Counted from the first letter of the stretch, positions 26,896 to 41,844 are shown. The stretch is 64,000 bases of DNA from Tubulanus polymorphus (GCF_964204645.1 NC_134027.1:4620485-4684484), one strand, 5' to 3'. Notes: generated by a model from the sequence alone, not told the origin. Numbers and translations are program-made.

Positions 26896-29800
26896 TGATT
26901 GGTTATTTCGTTTTGTGATTTTGGTGTTCAACCGCTCTAACCCAGTCTGCTCCAACCCGATGAGTACAAATTAACAATTAATCTGTTATTGTGTACGTGA
27001 TGACTTCATCATTTGCTATTCATTAATAATTATAAGGTGCAGGGATCAACATATGTCTGAATGCTCATTAGAAACGCAGGGGTGGTTAGAAGTATGAATG
27101 TGGCCATTGGTTGGTGTTTGCCCGATTCAAAATTTCAAAATTCAAGCCCAGACAATGGAATGTTTGACCTGTTCAGGATTAAACCACTCACTCGGGTCGT
27201 ACATTTCTCATCCGAGCATCTGCCATCAAAGTTGAGAACAATAGAAAATGAGCTCAAGCACACGGATGCTGGATACCGATGGACCAACGGCACGACTCAC
27301 AAACTGCCTGTCTGGCGTCCATTCTGTAGAACTCTAATCAAGCATTCTCATCGTTTTTGGTCTGAATTGAATTTGAAATTTTGAAATTTATGAATCCATG
27401 AATGGTCGCACACAGGATAGTCGCACAAACACATACAGACAGATAATGCGGTCATTCAAACATGTTTAATCACCTTCCAGCTGAGGAAATTTAGTTTAGA
27501 GATATTTTATAATCAGTTTTTGTCATTCATGATGTTAATCGGGGGATCAGAAATCAACACTGGAGAAATGTTTTAATCTTTTAAAAGACGGATGTTTAAA
27601 AGTGAATGCTGTTCGGTCAGGCGGCTGAATCGTAGTTTGACCATCGTCGTCTCAACAGATTTTCGTTTTAAATTCTATCTTCATTTAAATCCACATTGAA
27701 GAAGATAAGGAGATTGTATTCTCCTCTTTTCAGTCGACAGCTGACGGGGAAGAAAACGGAAGTCTTCTCTTTCTTCGGGTTATTGTCATTTTACTGACGG
27801 CCATTGAGAAAAATCAAACTGCGAAAACATACCAGTTTAGTATGCACATTAAATAACGACCTCGCGCATGGTGCATTGCACTGCATCATGCCATACCGGG
27901 CGTCAACTGTATCGGCACCTTGCCTATTGTGATTCAACGCCTGCATTCTTCTGCAGTCGCCATTGTTTTGTTGTTTTTCACCGGGCAATCTGCCGCAGTC
28001 TGACTGATCCGTTCGATCCTCAGGCGCTCGTGAATCGGGCACCGAAGATGCCTGTACAGATAATGCCCCCGGTCGCCTGCATCCGTTCGAAGACAATTAT
28101 GATAGATAGAACTAAATGAATTTAGCAGTTGGTAGACAATGTGTTCGGCGAATTCTTGAAAACTTCTTCTGATTTCGGCAGGTGATTTGAAGGTTGTACA
28201 GATTTCGAGCCCCGAAGCGATTGATTAAAATGCGATATTACAATAGCAGAGATAGTTTTTTTCATTGAGTTCCGGCTGACTATTGTAAGAACCTTCAATT
28301 ATGCCATTGATTTACTTCAGAAGTTCATTCGTACCGAAAAAATGGGATTTTTTTCAACACAGTTCATTCATACTTGATTTAAGTTGGCCTTGAAATATTC
28401 TTATTCCAGACAATGAAGATACTACTCAATCTTTTATCGTAAATCGGCTTTTGATGAAAACATCCGACTCATCATTGCAATTATCAGCACCCAATTATCA
28501 GTAATCCTTTAATAATGTTATGCGGTCCATATTTTCATGAATCGTAATTCCTGACGCTGTTTGAGACCATTATTCTCTTCCTTTTAAATCCAAGATGCTC
28601 AATCGAGTTTCGAAAGAGATTTTTTAATCCATACTGAAAAATGTTTTGTATAAAAAACTCAATGTATTGTCGATTGATAGGATGAAAGATTATGTGCGGT
28701 TGCTGGCCTAGTTTGATTGGTGACGTTTAGTCCCAACCATCACTAAGCAGTTGTTATGTTTGTAATAAGTTTTTAAAAAAGTTATCTTTGTCACGACTTT
28801 ATCTTTGTCGAAACTATTTTGAAATTTATCGCTTATTGAATCACCACGAATAAAAAACTAGGTGACCACACAGCATCAATTGACTATGGGCCAATTTTGT
28901 TACGTGGTGCGTTCGACTCGCTGTCAGCTCACAGCGTCTTGTTCGTAGTAGATGATTGCATCTTTTATCAATGTAATATCTTCTCACCGTTGGAAGCCCT
29001 GAACCTCTTCGAGCGTGACTTCAAAAGTTTTCTAAATTAACATCGTTGTTTGACACCTTTTTTATAACGTTTCACTTGTTAACGTCTTTCATACTGATGT
29101 TTTCATAAAGAAAACTCTTATGTTCAAATATCGACGCTACAATGTTTTTTTGAATTACGTCGTTTGAATGTCAAATTGTAGAAAAGTAACCCCTCCGGTT
29201 CCGCGTCTCTTGTTTGGGTGTCCTATATTCGGAATTGAATAAAATTCAGTACCCCCTATCCATACAATTCTAACTCTATGAGCTTATTACCTCATGAGTT
29301 CCGTAACCAACTCGAGGCAGATGTATCAACGTGAAACCCAATGCGAATGAAATAGACGTAACTATAATAGCTAAAGATCCGATAGTATTCTTCTGGCCAT
29401 AATAAAAAAATGTATCTATTACAGGAAGCAAAAAATGGTCGACTACATTTGAAAAAGGTAGGACTCAAGTTGGTGGTTATCTGGTTAATAGTTTCCCGGT
29501 GTATGAATAAACTTAAAAAATCAAACGTTTTTAAGGTAGAGATATGATCAGTATGGAGCAGTCGGGCATTTTTTAGAGCCAGTTATAAGATCTTAAAATG
29601 GACGAGTGACATTACATTGAGAAATCTAAAGATGTTTTAACTCGAAATGAACTGTAGACGGGGCTTGTTACTAAGTGACGACTGTTGAGTGCTGGTCACT
29701 AACCTCACTAAGTCATGTGCTCATAAGACTCGTGAGTAACAAAAATAAAAACATTATGATTTATTTTACGACAGATTTTCGAGCCAGTCAATAATGGTCA

Positions 29801-32800
29801 AATAGGATTAGACGTATTGTGTATCGTGGACATGGGTCATGATTTTCGACCGAGATTTCAATCGTGGTCCCCAAAAAGCTGATGTTGGCTGGGTGGACAG
29901 GTGATCTTTCGTCTGGTCTTTGTGGTAAAAAATTGCTGGTTTGAATAGACCGACCGTTTCTCCATGTAATCTCTGTCCAAGGAGGGTTGCAACTTAAGAC
30001 GCGTCCAAAATGACTTGAAGAATACCGAAATAAGGCATTCCTTTACATAAGAATGGGGGTTGTCCAGTGGCGCGCAGATCGTTTGATTGAGACTTGATGA
30101 GCGCGCATTGTCGCCATTTTTTGTAACATAATGGAAAAATTTGATTTGTAAAGCCGTGATTTTTTCTCGAGCAATTCATGCCAACGTGACCGGCTACACG
30201 ACCCAAAAATGCTTTTGCCTCGTTTGGTAAATGGGATGGACAGACTATTGATGGCCAGCTATAATCTGTATCCACGAAAGTGGGCAAAAAATGAAATCGC
30301 GACAATGGCTGTATCCGTTGTAGCGTATTATGATTGCAATTTTATGAGCTTTCGTGGCCTGAAGGATGGCTAAATCTGTTTATGAATGATGTTTGAAAAC
30401 AATGTATAGGCGCTTTAAAAACATACTTGATAGTTAGTGGCTAAGTTAAGACCGTTGTCGGGAGAAAAATGAATGAACCCAAAACCGTTTTGTCATCAAA
30501 ATCTATTGTAACTGGAAAGCTGAGAATATAGTCATAGACTTTGTCATTTAATCATTAAACTTAGATATATACATGAAGTGAGACGTGCACATTTTACTAA
30601 GACTCCATTTAATTCTGATTTTCTTGATTTCCTCTATACCATTTTCATATTGATGATTTGTAAATTCTTGCAAAATCTTTTTTTTTTTAATGTAATGTAT
30701 TGACTATTGGGTGTTTTACTAATCATTGTGAACTGTTTGGGTTTCTGGCATTTTGCACCAGTCTGTTTCTCAATATATTTGTCAGTCCCGTCCTCTAAGA
30801 AATCATTTCTAATTTTTTCTCACGATGAAAATCTCTCGTCAATGAAACATGTATTGATGTATAAACTCATATAATACTAGACTGTCGGTCACAGGTCATT
30901 GTGCTGTCGAATGACCGGATGCCCTCTGCCTAGACCGTAAGTTTATTATTCAAACCACTATCAATTTTTCTCCGTCATCAATTTGCGCTTTGCATTTGAA
31001 ATTCTGATGCGTGAATTGAAAGATGGATGTTGACAACAATCAGCCATTAGACAATGACTGACTTCCGCCATGGATGCCTTTACACCAGGAAGTAAAATAC
31101 AAAACAATAGTGTCTTGACTGTTTACTTTTTTTGATTATTCACTGTATGAGTTTGTTGAATTAATAGTGTTTTTTTTTTCATGAAACAAACTAGCCACGG
31201 GGTGAATGGGCATTGATGTTTATAGAGTTTTTGAGATGAATGCTTGTAGAGGTGAAGGGTTAGCGGGCCGGCTATACGGTCGCCCAGCACCTGCCTGTCC
31301 TGTTGACCATTGAAGTAATGAAATAAAGGCAACCTTTGTCCACCGGAATAGTCGTATGAATGAGAAAAAAAACTGGAAAGTTTTTTAACCACACGTTGGG
31401 GTCAACCTGCTGCGGTCAGTCTGCTTGTGTTATTGTTGTTGGTAAGGGTAATAGCGCAGATGGATGACCTCAGATATCCAGTAGCCCATGGTCACATATC
31501 GACTCAGTATATCAAGTGGTCAGACGTTTTTCTTTGTCAAGGTTATTTTGACACAATGTGCAGCAATCTCAACGTGTGGACTGGATGCATTCGGGTTTGC
31601 GGTCAAACGATTTATTGATTTGGAAAAAAACTAACAAAAAGCCAGCAATAAACATTAGAATCATTAGAATTTTGCTGATGGCGGGTTAGACATTTGGGAT
31701 TGGCTTTACACGACGAATGCGACTTTATGAATGAAAGGTTTTCTGTTACCGTATATTTCCATTCAGAGATTTTTATGAATCCGGGGTCGGGTCATCTAGA
31801 CACTGCGTTGGTTTTTTTTACATGGCATTCTATTTAATTGATAGAAATTTGTGAATGGTTTGCCTGTGCGCAGTACAATGACAGATAGGCCTACTATAAA
31901 GCAGCAAGGTTTCTCAATACGTTCGGCTCATTTCAGAAACTTAATCGGAGAGAAGAATTTTCATTTTTTAGATCGAAGCTTTGATTCATTTAACCATGAT
32001 ATGACCGAAGGCCTGGGAGGAATCTTGTGCTAGAATAATAGACATTGGTTTGGTTCCTGTTTTTATAGTGAAATCCATCTCTTAATGCACGTACTATATG
32101 TTGACCTTTTCTTGATAAGAAAGAAAAGTGTGCACAATATTTATCTTCAAAGCCTTTGGACAACTGAGACATTTTCGGGGCATTTTCTATTTTCAACTTT
32201 TGATCACATTTTTGGGGGTTCATCGATATATTCAGGGCATTTACAAGGCCAATTCTAAAACAGGATATTTGAACGAAAATGCTTTTAGTTTTCATTCAAA
32301 TTCAATACATTTAGCAAACACTCAGGAGGCTGTTTATCTATGTTATTCCGTGGCCATTAGTAGTTTTCTTTGAGATTCAACACCTTCAAGAATTCGAGCT
32401 TACTGGATCGTGTTCATGTTTGTCTAACTTATTTGCGTATTTGTCCTGTACAATGCAACCGGCTGATTTACCCATTGCCAAGGTTTACAGAGGAAACCTC
32501 GCATCATGTTCCGATATATCCATCTAAATACATCTTAAAGTGTTAGCGTGTTGTATTCAATTTGGATTTAATGGTTTGATCAAACTTCGTATCGGATTCA
32601 TACAGTTTTGTTTCTCGTTTCATATTAGTCCATGGATGATTGGATTCAATGTTCACTACTCGATGGTGTAACTGATGGAATATAAATTCAACCAGAAATT
32701 TCCAAACTGATGAAATCATCTTCTTATTTCATATATACGGGTGTTTCATGCTTCTTAAATCGACAGATGGGTGATGCAATTTTAATCAGGTCGGATCATT

Positions 32801-34263
32801 TTGTTCTAGGAAGTTTAGTCTTGTCCTCATCTCGTCTGAATGCATACTTCTACACTCAAAGCGCACGAACCCATCCATTGGAATGAAGTCCACCACCTGC
32901 TGAAAACAATAAGCTGACGGGTGCGTATTGTGACGGTTATAATACAGCACGAGAGACACAGTCTGTCCCGGCTCCGTCCTATTGTCCAGGACAGGTGTCA
33001 TCGTATTCAATATGATTGTGGTAAGTAGCTCTGCGTTCAAATCAATCTTCCGATGATTGGACGTTTTACTGGTTGAAGTTCACCTGCACCGCGGAGGATG
33101 TCCGGTGATAGTTTGAATTCTAGATTCCCGACTAGTGGTTCACGGAGAACATTCCGTGGAATTAGCTTTGCTATGGTAAATATCGTTATAACAGTTTGGG
33201 CGGAATATGTTCTTCGAATTATACGCGAATTCTTTCGAATTTCTTTGGTTTGGACAACGACTTTCCATCGGTTTGATGAGTCTAGGAAGACGCGCTTTTT
33301 CTAGTTAGACTTTTCAGAAAATAATGACAGATGTCCAGAATATTTTGGGTCACTGGGCTTCTCTAGTTAAAGCTTATCTCATAAAACCCGAACAGATTGT
33401 GTTGAGTTGATGAAGGACGCCTGCGTCTATTCAGTTGACAATAACACCGCCTGGTTCAGTCTAATGTGAAGTGGAGTCCTCCGTGAACCTGTTTTATTGT
33501 GTTACGAGTGGCGAACAATACCGAGACGCATGCCTCGACATCCTGACTATTCAATCAAGTGTTTGAGCTCAAAAATACCGAACCTATTTTCCGGGGTGTA
33601 AAAATGGTCCAAGATGACCTGCTGTTCAGTGTTGACGTACAGTAATTTTTCCTTTGTACAAAGTTGCATTATGCGTTCAGTATATTCGTGTTTGTTGTAT
33701 TTTCGCGTGTTTTGTTCGTCTGAATCTTGCAATATCGAACAAACTATATCTTATTACCGGACGATTTCCGATGGGCCCTGGATAGGCGCACCGGAAATGT
33801 TTTTTTTTGTGTGACTTGTTGAAATAATCTAGCTTTATTGTCAAACTGGAAATCATTTATGCCCCGTCACTTACCTTAATTTGGAAACGGGGTAAAATGT
33901 GTTTAACTGTTGGTTCGTTTGGAACAGGGAAGCAAGATGTCAAGTTACTTTTTTATGCAAATTGATGTAATTTCTGTTCGTTTATGTGACTTCAAGTTGG
34001 CAACCATATATACACCCTGAAAACGGTTTTGTGCGTCGTTCCCAATTTTCTAGTCTTCGATAAAGACTTTTCATATCAAACAACAGTTTATTCAAGAGGA
34101 GTTCTATAGAATTGCGACTTTAGAAGTATGAGGATGTCATACATCATCATATCTCACCGATGTAAGATAACTTTCCTAAAGCCTTTGACTGGGTGCTCAC
34201 ATCCGACAACTGATTCTAAGAATTTGTACATCCAAATATACCGTGTTATTCAGAATCGCTATG

Positions 34264-34470
34264 TCTCAACAAGCGGCAGTCATATTTTTGGCTATGCCCG
34301 TGATGAATTTCCATCGATGTGTCTCATCTTTGGTAGTAATGAAACCCAGCATCTCCATCTCTTCACGTGATTCAAGTACCGGATACAGCATCATACAGTT
34401 AAAAACACTCAGCCTGGTTACCCAATTTTTAAATATGCGCGCGATCCTGAAGGGTATTGTTGTACTTCAA
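34264..34470 (-). pseudogene. Decayed LINE reverse-transcriptase C-terminal fragment
   Basis: Frameshifted TLQD../KNWVTRLSVFN...LESREEMEMLGFITTKDETHRWKFITGIAK resembles LQxDL..I..W...W.V.FN...LLGV.IT.DL.W..HI..IAK. Confidence 0.35.
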
Positions 34471-35783
34471 CGCATCTGACCACACCTGGAGATTGTGTTG
34501 AAAAAAAGTACCTCGCAAAATTACGATATAAAGAACTTGCGGTTTTGTTTGTGGTTTAAGAGTTTAGGCAGATTTAGAACGGTGTTGAGATGATGTATTG
34601 TGGTTTTCATCTATATCATTTCGACTAAATCAATAACACGAACATCATTTTTATTCTGTCTGGAAATCGGAATGATGTCTACGTAATTTCATATATTTTT
34701 AAAGGAAAATGATAAATTTCTCTTAATCTGAAATACGCAGAATTTCGAATGTAGAGAAGCTGTCGGTTATTGCTACCTCCATTGAATATGGGCTTTTGTC
34801 CGGGCCGATGAAATGGAGCAAAAATAACAAACGAATATAAGGAAGTTAGCTATAAATCAGCCTTTAGTCAGCGACGTAATGCACCTTTTTAGTGAAATTG
34901 GGCCATCGGAAATGGCGAATCAGAATCTGAAAAGATTATTTTAAGAGATTTCCTATTCAGATGAAATTACACTTTACGCCATAAAGTGATTATGATATCT
35001 ATGAGCCCGAGCAATCAATTTAATGTGCGCACAGTTTGGACACTTGTTATTTCCATTTACTGGAAAAATTACTACGTTGATTTCAATTAACTGATGAGTT
35101 TTTAAATCGGTCTAAAGTTCTTTAGTTTGACGTAGTAACGAGTTATATCAAAAAATGATTAAAAAACTGAATTTTGGTGATTTTTTACAGGGGGGGTTTT
35201 AACTTGTTACCATAACAATGATAATGTTGTCTTAATTGAATGATTTGCCTACAAGATTTTTCCTTAATGGCGTCATTAAAATTCTCAACTCACTAATCTG
35301 TGAAATAAGTTAATTGGTACCTGCGTCTTAACTAATCAACGATTGTATGTCGGTTGTTAAGGAGGATACACTTTATCCATGCATGTATACGTGATTGGGT
35401 AAATTGGCCACATTTGGTGCCGACATCGCATTCGCCCATGTGCCATCATTCCCATCGACTGTACCCATCACTTCTCTGGGAAAATTGCTGAAAAGGAAAA
35501 TGTTGCGTTGGTGAGGAAACAATTGGCGATTTTGATAAATCAAGGCCCGCCGTGAAGGTTGGAACACTGGTTGCCTATTGTCGGACGTCAGGTCAGGCGT
35601 GCGAGGATTCATTGTGCCATCGACACTGAGTTAATGATCCTAAATTCTGTCAGTCTTTGCGCATCTTTTCACTACAATCCGACTAGTAATAGTACAAATA
35701 AATAAAATAGGAAGTCTTTTATTGTATGTATGAGAATTGATATTATTTCCTTACAGCTGCTTTACCTATTATTTCTTACGAGT

Positions 35784-37551
35784 AATAAACCATTTTACAG
35801 TTGCTAGCCGCCATTTTGTTAGGGTACTTTTGCCCCGTATTGTTGGGTCATTTTTTTCTCTTTTTTAAAAACTATCCGTGATGTGTATTGTATCATATTT
35901 CATCTGTCCATGGATGGATTTTGACAACTTCAGCAACATTCAAACCGCGTGAATCTCTAGTTTTCAGTTATGTAAAAATCATTTCTCAAATTTACAACAA
36001 TGCGACATGAGAGCGATATAAAAATCGGTGGTCAGTTTTTGCCGTGCGCATAGAAATCCAGGGTACTGAACTTTGAAGTTCGTTTTTTTCAGAAATAATT
36101 TTCTAAAAAATCCAAACATTTCAAGCACTGTGCGCATAAACGCCCCCTTTCAGGTGAACTTTGAAATTTTAATATATCTTGCCTAGTTTTTTTCCTATGG
36201 CTCTTTAACTGCAGCGCGTGTATTGTCATTCCGAGATTCGGCGCTGTTTTCATTGCGTGTATTTCAGTATATGGGTGTTATTTCTTCATTTTAACTACAC
36301 TTGTCTCTACGGAAAATGGTTTTAATTGTTGGTACGAGTATCAGGTTTAAATATCACGTCGTTTATGCAATATAATAGGTCGAAGACATTAGAGGTGTTG
36401 GGGTTTAAGGGATTTTTCTGACCAGTTTTAGCAGCGAGACTGAGCGGCATTTTGATCACGCATTCGAAGTTGCGCGCGGGAAGAGAATATATAGGCCTAT
36501 ATTGAGATGGAAGAAGAAAAGAAATATAACACTCAAAATCGAGTATGATATGATGACCATTTAAATCAGTAGTCTATCAATAAATTTACATAAAAATCTA
36601 CTGAAATTAGATGGATGGAGAAGTGGTCAAAAAGCTGGACAAATGGGGTGGGGCAAATATTCAGCTACTTTCTATGAATACTTTCTATGAGTACACACAA
36701 GATTGATTAGATTGGGAAGAAAATATAGGAAAACTTTCTTGTTTTGGAGGTGAAATATCAAGTATCAAGTTCGAATGTCATACGCAGGTGATAAAAAGTA
36801 AAAAGTGACATCTACCATCACAAAAACGCAAGAAGTGTGTGGATTGCATTTACAACAAAAGAGTGATATTTTGGGTTTTCTTGGGTGCATGTACGTAAGC
36901 CTCTGCCTGCCGTAAAAGCGGCTACCATTACAGCCATTACGAACTAGCGCCGGAGAACGGAATACAGTATTAATGCCGTAATATTTAAACCTGATACTCG
37001 TACCAACAATTAAAACCATTTTCCGTAGAGACAAGTGTAGTGAAAATGAAGAAATAACACCCATATACTGAAATACACGCAATGAAAACAGCGCCAAATC
37101 TCGGAATGACAATACACGCGCTGCAGTTAAAGTGCCATAGGAAAAAAACTAGGCAAGATATCTTAAAATTTCAAAATTCACCTGAAAGGGGGTGTTTATG
37201 CGCACAGTGCTTGAAATGTTTGGATTTTTTAGAAAATTATTTCTGAAAATAACGAACTTCAAAGTTCAGTACCCTGGATTTCTATGCGCACGGCAAAAAC
37301 TGACCACCGATTTTTATATCGCTCTCATGTCGCATTGTTGTAAATTTGAGAAATGATTTTTACATAACTGAAAACTAGAGATTCACGCGGTTTGAATGTT
37401 GCTGAAGTTGTCAAAATCCATCCATGGACAGATGAAATATGATACAACACACATCACGGATAGTTTTAAAAAAAGAGAAAAAAATGACCCAACAATACGG
37501 GACAAAAGTACCCTAACAAAATGGCGGCTAGCAACTGTAAAATGGTTTATT
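35784..37551. mobile_element. 1768-bp foldback / long-TIR non-autonomous DNA element
   Basis: ~575-bp inverted arms 35784-36358 and 36977-37551 with about 9 mismatches counted by eye. ~618-bp non-coding spacer. Ends aataaaccatttt...aaaatggtttatt. Confidence 0.92.
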
Positions 37552-40500
37552 GTCGTCGTTGTTGTTTTCTTTATCGCTATAATCGCTTTATAGTTTGTTC
37601 ATCTTCGGATGAAGAATCGAAACATTGATTTAAGATTCTGTTGATAACTATTAATGAAAATAAGAACTTCATTTATATCCGATGATTTTATTCAAATGAA
37701 AGCATATTCATATGAATTCATATGAATCGATGCACCTATATTTCACCATTGAATTATGAATGCAACACCAACCTCCCAGTCACCTGATGATGGTGCCCAA
37801 AAAACTGACAGAAGAGAATTCAAAATTCAAATTTAGCCCATTTTTTGGCTAAACGACCACCTGCCTTCATTCATTGTTCGATGTGATCGTATAGTGCTAG
37901 CGTCGGTTGAAAAGATGGCCTGAATGGGTTATAAAAAACACACCGGAGCCGTGCGTATTGTTCAGCCCAGCTGCCCTACCTGCTGCCTTGCATCAAACAC
38001 ACACTCCGGGCAACGTGCCTGCACATAAGGGCTCTTATTGAAACCTATAGACTTGCATGCGAAATGTTCACTATAGAAATTCCAAAAAAATCTCAGACAC
38101 TCACGTTGATATATGTACGCAGCGAGTCATTGTAAAATAATAGATGCAGATTTTGAGACGTTTAAGTAGAGCATTTCTACAACAAAGTTGTTCCGTTCTG
38201 AAAGGATGCTTCATTTTGAATGAAGTTTCCGATTTCTTCAAACATTATTTGCATCATTATTGTGAAAACTTTGATTTTACATAGGCATATAGGTAAACTA
38301 TAAGCGACTCAACAATCTATCCAGAATCCAAGATATTAAAGTTAATCAAACCCCAAAAATATGTTTTTAGATGATTTATTGCTTAAGTTATAACAGAGTT
38401 CTCTTCGCAGAGGTATGAGCAACTTGTTACGTTAGTTACAAAAATATTTTTGGTTTGTTGCCATTGCAATACTTTGACCATAATGAGAGTAAGAAAAGGG
38501 TTTATTTTTTCTATAGAACCAAATAATGATGACGTAATGTCCTATTGTTAAAATACAGGGACCACTGTATGGTAACGTTTGTATCTCATCATGGAGTACC
38601 CACTTGTCCTCTCCTGTATCATCTGGTTCTAGTTTGTTACATTTTAAAATATTCAAGTACATTTGAGTCGGACTCACTTTAACATACTTGGAAATTAAGA
38701 ATTCATTCTCGGGTCATCTCAAAATCTATCATGAAATACGTTTTAAAGCATCTGCATTTTACTATAGACTAAAAGATGAAGATCTTAGTTTTTGGCTTGC
38801 TCTTTTTCTATGTGACGTGTTGATGATTTGGAAAACTATTTTCGGTCATATTGTATACATTACCCTATGATAATTTTGTGGGAATTTTTTTAAAAATTCA
38901 CCCACTGGCGTATTAATGGGCACAAAACCACAAAGAACAGTTAACTGGTTGGACATACTGGTTATTAACTTAAAGTCGAGGTTTAGCGCTCCATAAATGG
39001 AAGAGGTTCCACGCAGCAGGGAACTTTCACTAATTTGAGACTAAGATATAGTGACAATAGGCAGCAATGATGAGAACATCTCCGTATCGTCCGTTACCAA
39101 GAGCGGAACGATGGCATTGCTAATGTTAACATTATCAATGTGAAAAACATCGGTTTTGCTATTCGTTTCACTGTTGTCATATTCCCACCGTTTTAATATT
39201 AGCCTATAAATTCCCGGGCGCATATAGTGTCTAGCAAAAGGACGCGACTCCGTTTCCACTTAGGATATCTGAAAGCATTTCTTATTGATTTAAATGTATA
39301 GTAATTTGATTAGCTAACCCGACACGACACTCCACGTGAATACTATATTGATGATAAAGCCGAAATTTTCTTTTCGATTTCAGCCATTGTCGCTTTTACG
39401 TTGAAAGTGACATTAGGATGCAGGTTGTTTCCTGTTACACGTAGTGCACCGCGGATAAAACATTAGCTTCTTCATGTGTTCGAACATGTTCAGGATTCTT
39501 TCTTTGAATTGTGATTCAGTTATTGTTGTATCATTATTCTATCGTTTATTGCTTTTCCAGTTTTTACCCCCGCAATCATTTCGACCTAGGACTATTTCCT
39601 ATTCCTGAATTATTGATCAAGACCTTTTACTAATATATGAAAAAAATGAATACCGCCATTGTGATCTGACGTCTTAAATCTATGTATTGAATGGACGTTT
39701 TCTCAGTTGAAACTTGTTTTTGAGTCATTTTAGTCACAGGTTGTTATGGCACCTGTCTGAAAAGAAACATAAGATATGCGAAAATGTGCCTGCGTTGGTA
39801 TATACCAAACCACATCAGCCTGAAAAAGTCACATTGTGTTGAAATATCTGTAAATGGTAATTACTTTATCTAAAAACGTCATGTGTCAACAGGTATATTA
39901 GGGCATGGGAAAATATGATAATACGCTTTCAAATTCTTTTCAATATTCCTTCGACATCAGTATTCGTTCTGCAATTCATGTCTTTTTTGAATGTTTATTC
40001 TGAAAGACGCTACGATGAGCACTTTCACTTGTCTTTGGTCGTAAATCCTGCCGTCTATTGTTGTTTTCGTGAATTTTTTCCCACCATTTGTTACGGCACG
40101 TCATACAATTTCAACTGCGTTCAGCATTAATTTCTATTCATGGCAACCTGCATTTCCCACTGTAGTGTGTCTTTGAGGACAGGTGAAATATCTACTCGTT
40201 TTTATGGGTTTTTCAGTATTTAACTCTGATTTGAGCATGTTTATACACATTTTCTTTAAATGAAAATGTCCAAAATTGATTTTTCAATACCTCAAAATAT
40301 AAATCTATTCATTAGGTATGTTTTTGGTTTTTATGTTTGCAAGTAGTTAGTTAATAGGCAAATTCCTTAGTTTATACATATTCTTAAGTTTGTTTAGTTT
40401 ATGTCATCAAGCCTCCAGCTCTTGAATTGTTTGAAATGTTGGTGTTGACGTTGAGGCATTAAACTTGGGCACGCTTTTCATCCGTATAGTAGGGCTATCA

Positions 40501-41844
40501 GTTAACATTACGTAATGCATATTTCTCGTACCATTGCAAATAGCTTGTTTTTGAAATTATCTGTTTGCTTCATATTTATATTGATTAATAGTAAAACATC
40601 TAATGCGCTGTGTGGTCACCTGTGCTCAATACGACACTTAAGTTTCTGTTGGTTTCCTTATTTGAGCAAGGAAGTTTACATGCAAGTGGCAGAGACCCGT
40701 ATGTGTGAAAATGCATTAAAATGCTTGATTTTGCTGACCGTTCAGGAAATGACAGTCCATTCAATGGAATCTGTCTGAGGCCATTAGAGGAGAGTAAATC
40801 AATCAACAAACAAAAATGATGGCTACTGTGAATTTCAAAGCTAATATAGAGAGGTCGATGTCGTGGAGTCGTGCCCGTTCATCATCGAACATCTTTGGCC
40901 GTCGCCAAAACGAAAAACCTCGTGGTACTTTGGACCGCTGTTCACAAATTCCATGCATAGATAGCTCATCCTTAAAAAAGTTGGTCAAGAGGTCCAGTCA
41001 ATGATTGTACACGAGGAAAGTTGAAAGTGTCTTGACATGGATAGCATTCAAATTGGTCAAAAATGTCTGTATACAATATCAGATTTTCATGTGTATCTCA
41101 TGAATTTTAAAGTGTTCGATGCTTTGTACGACGCATTGTCCTGACCACATATAACATTTTGGCTTACGCACCTGATATACATAATTCAAACGCGTACATT
41201 TCACTTGTTCGCCCTTGCTTTTTGGTTTTTGTCCCATCGAAGTCAGACAGGGGATGGTCTAAGTGGGTATATGTCCGATGAAGAATAATGAAAACTACCG
41301 CCATTCACTTGTTACGACTGGGGATATATTTGAAAGGTTAAACCATACTTGAATCACATTTTTCATGCCAAAAAGAGTTGAAATGACGGCCATACCACTT
41401 CAACCAGTTGAGTACAGGTGAATTTAAATGTTCACTGGTTAACATTGCAGCCACAAGTGTGTCTTCACAACTTGTTAATATTCCTAAAAAGCAGGTTCAC
41501 TCTTGTTGGCGCTATAATGTGACATTTTAACTGTTAAGAACAGCACACAACATATCCTGAACGTACTATAGATAATATTCTACATAATCTGCCTTATTCC
41601 GTAATAAACAACGTAAATCTAATGAATTTAACCTTAAAACACATAAACTGGGCAGAAAAGATAGATCTATTTGGTTGTGATATGTGGTGTTAGTTGTAAC
41701 TAGGTTTTCAGGTTAGTTTATTCGAGATGATTGATACTTCTATTACTGTGCCCCGCAATGCAATCTAAATTAAGATGATGCAACTTTGTTATTGAACTTT
41801 ATTGATTGATTTTGTATCAGATCAACGTGATTAATCGTGATTAG

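Noticed and set aside
38336-38974. Possible Kolobok-like MITE (ttaaagttaat...attaacttaa)
   Set aside because: The terminal match is short and gapped.
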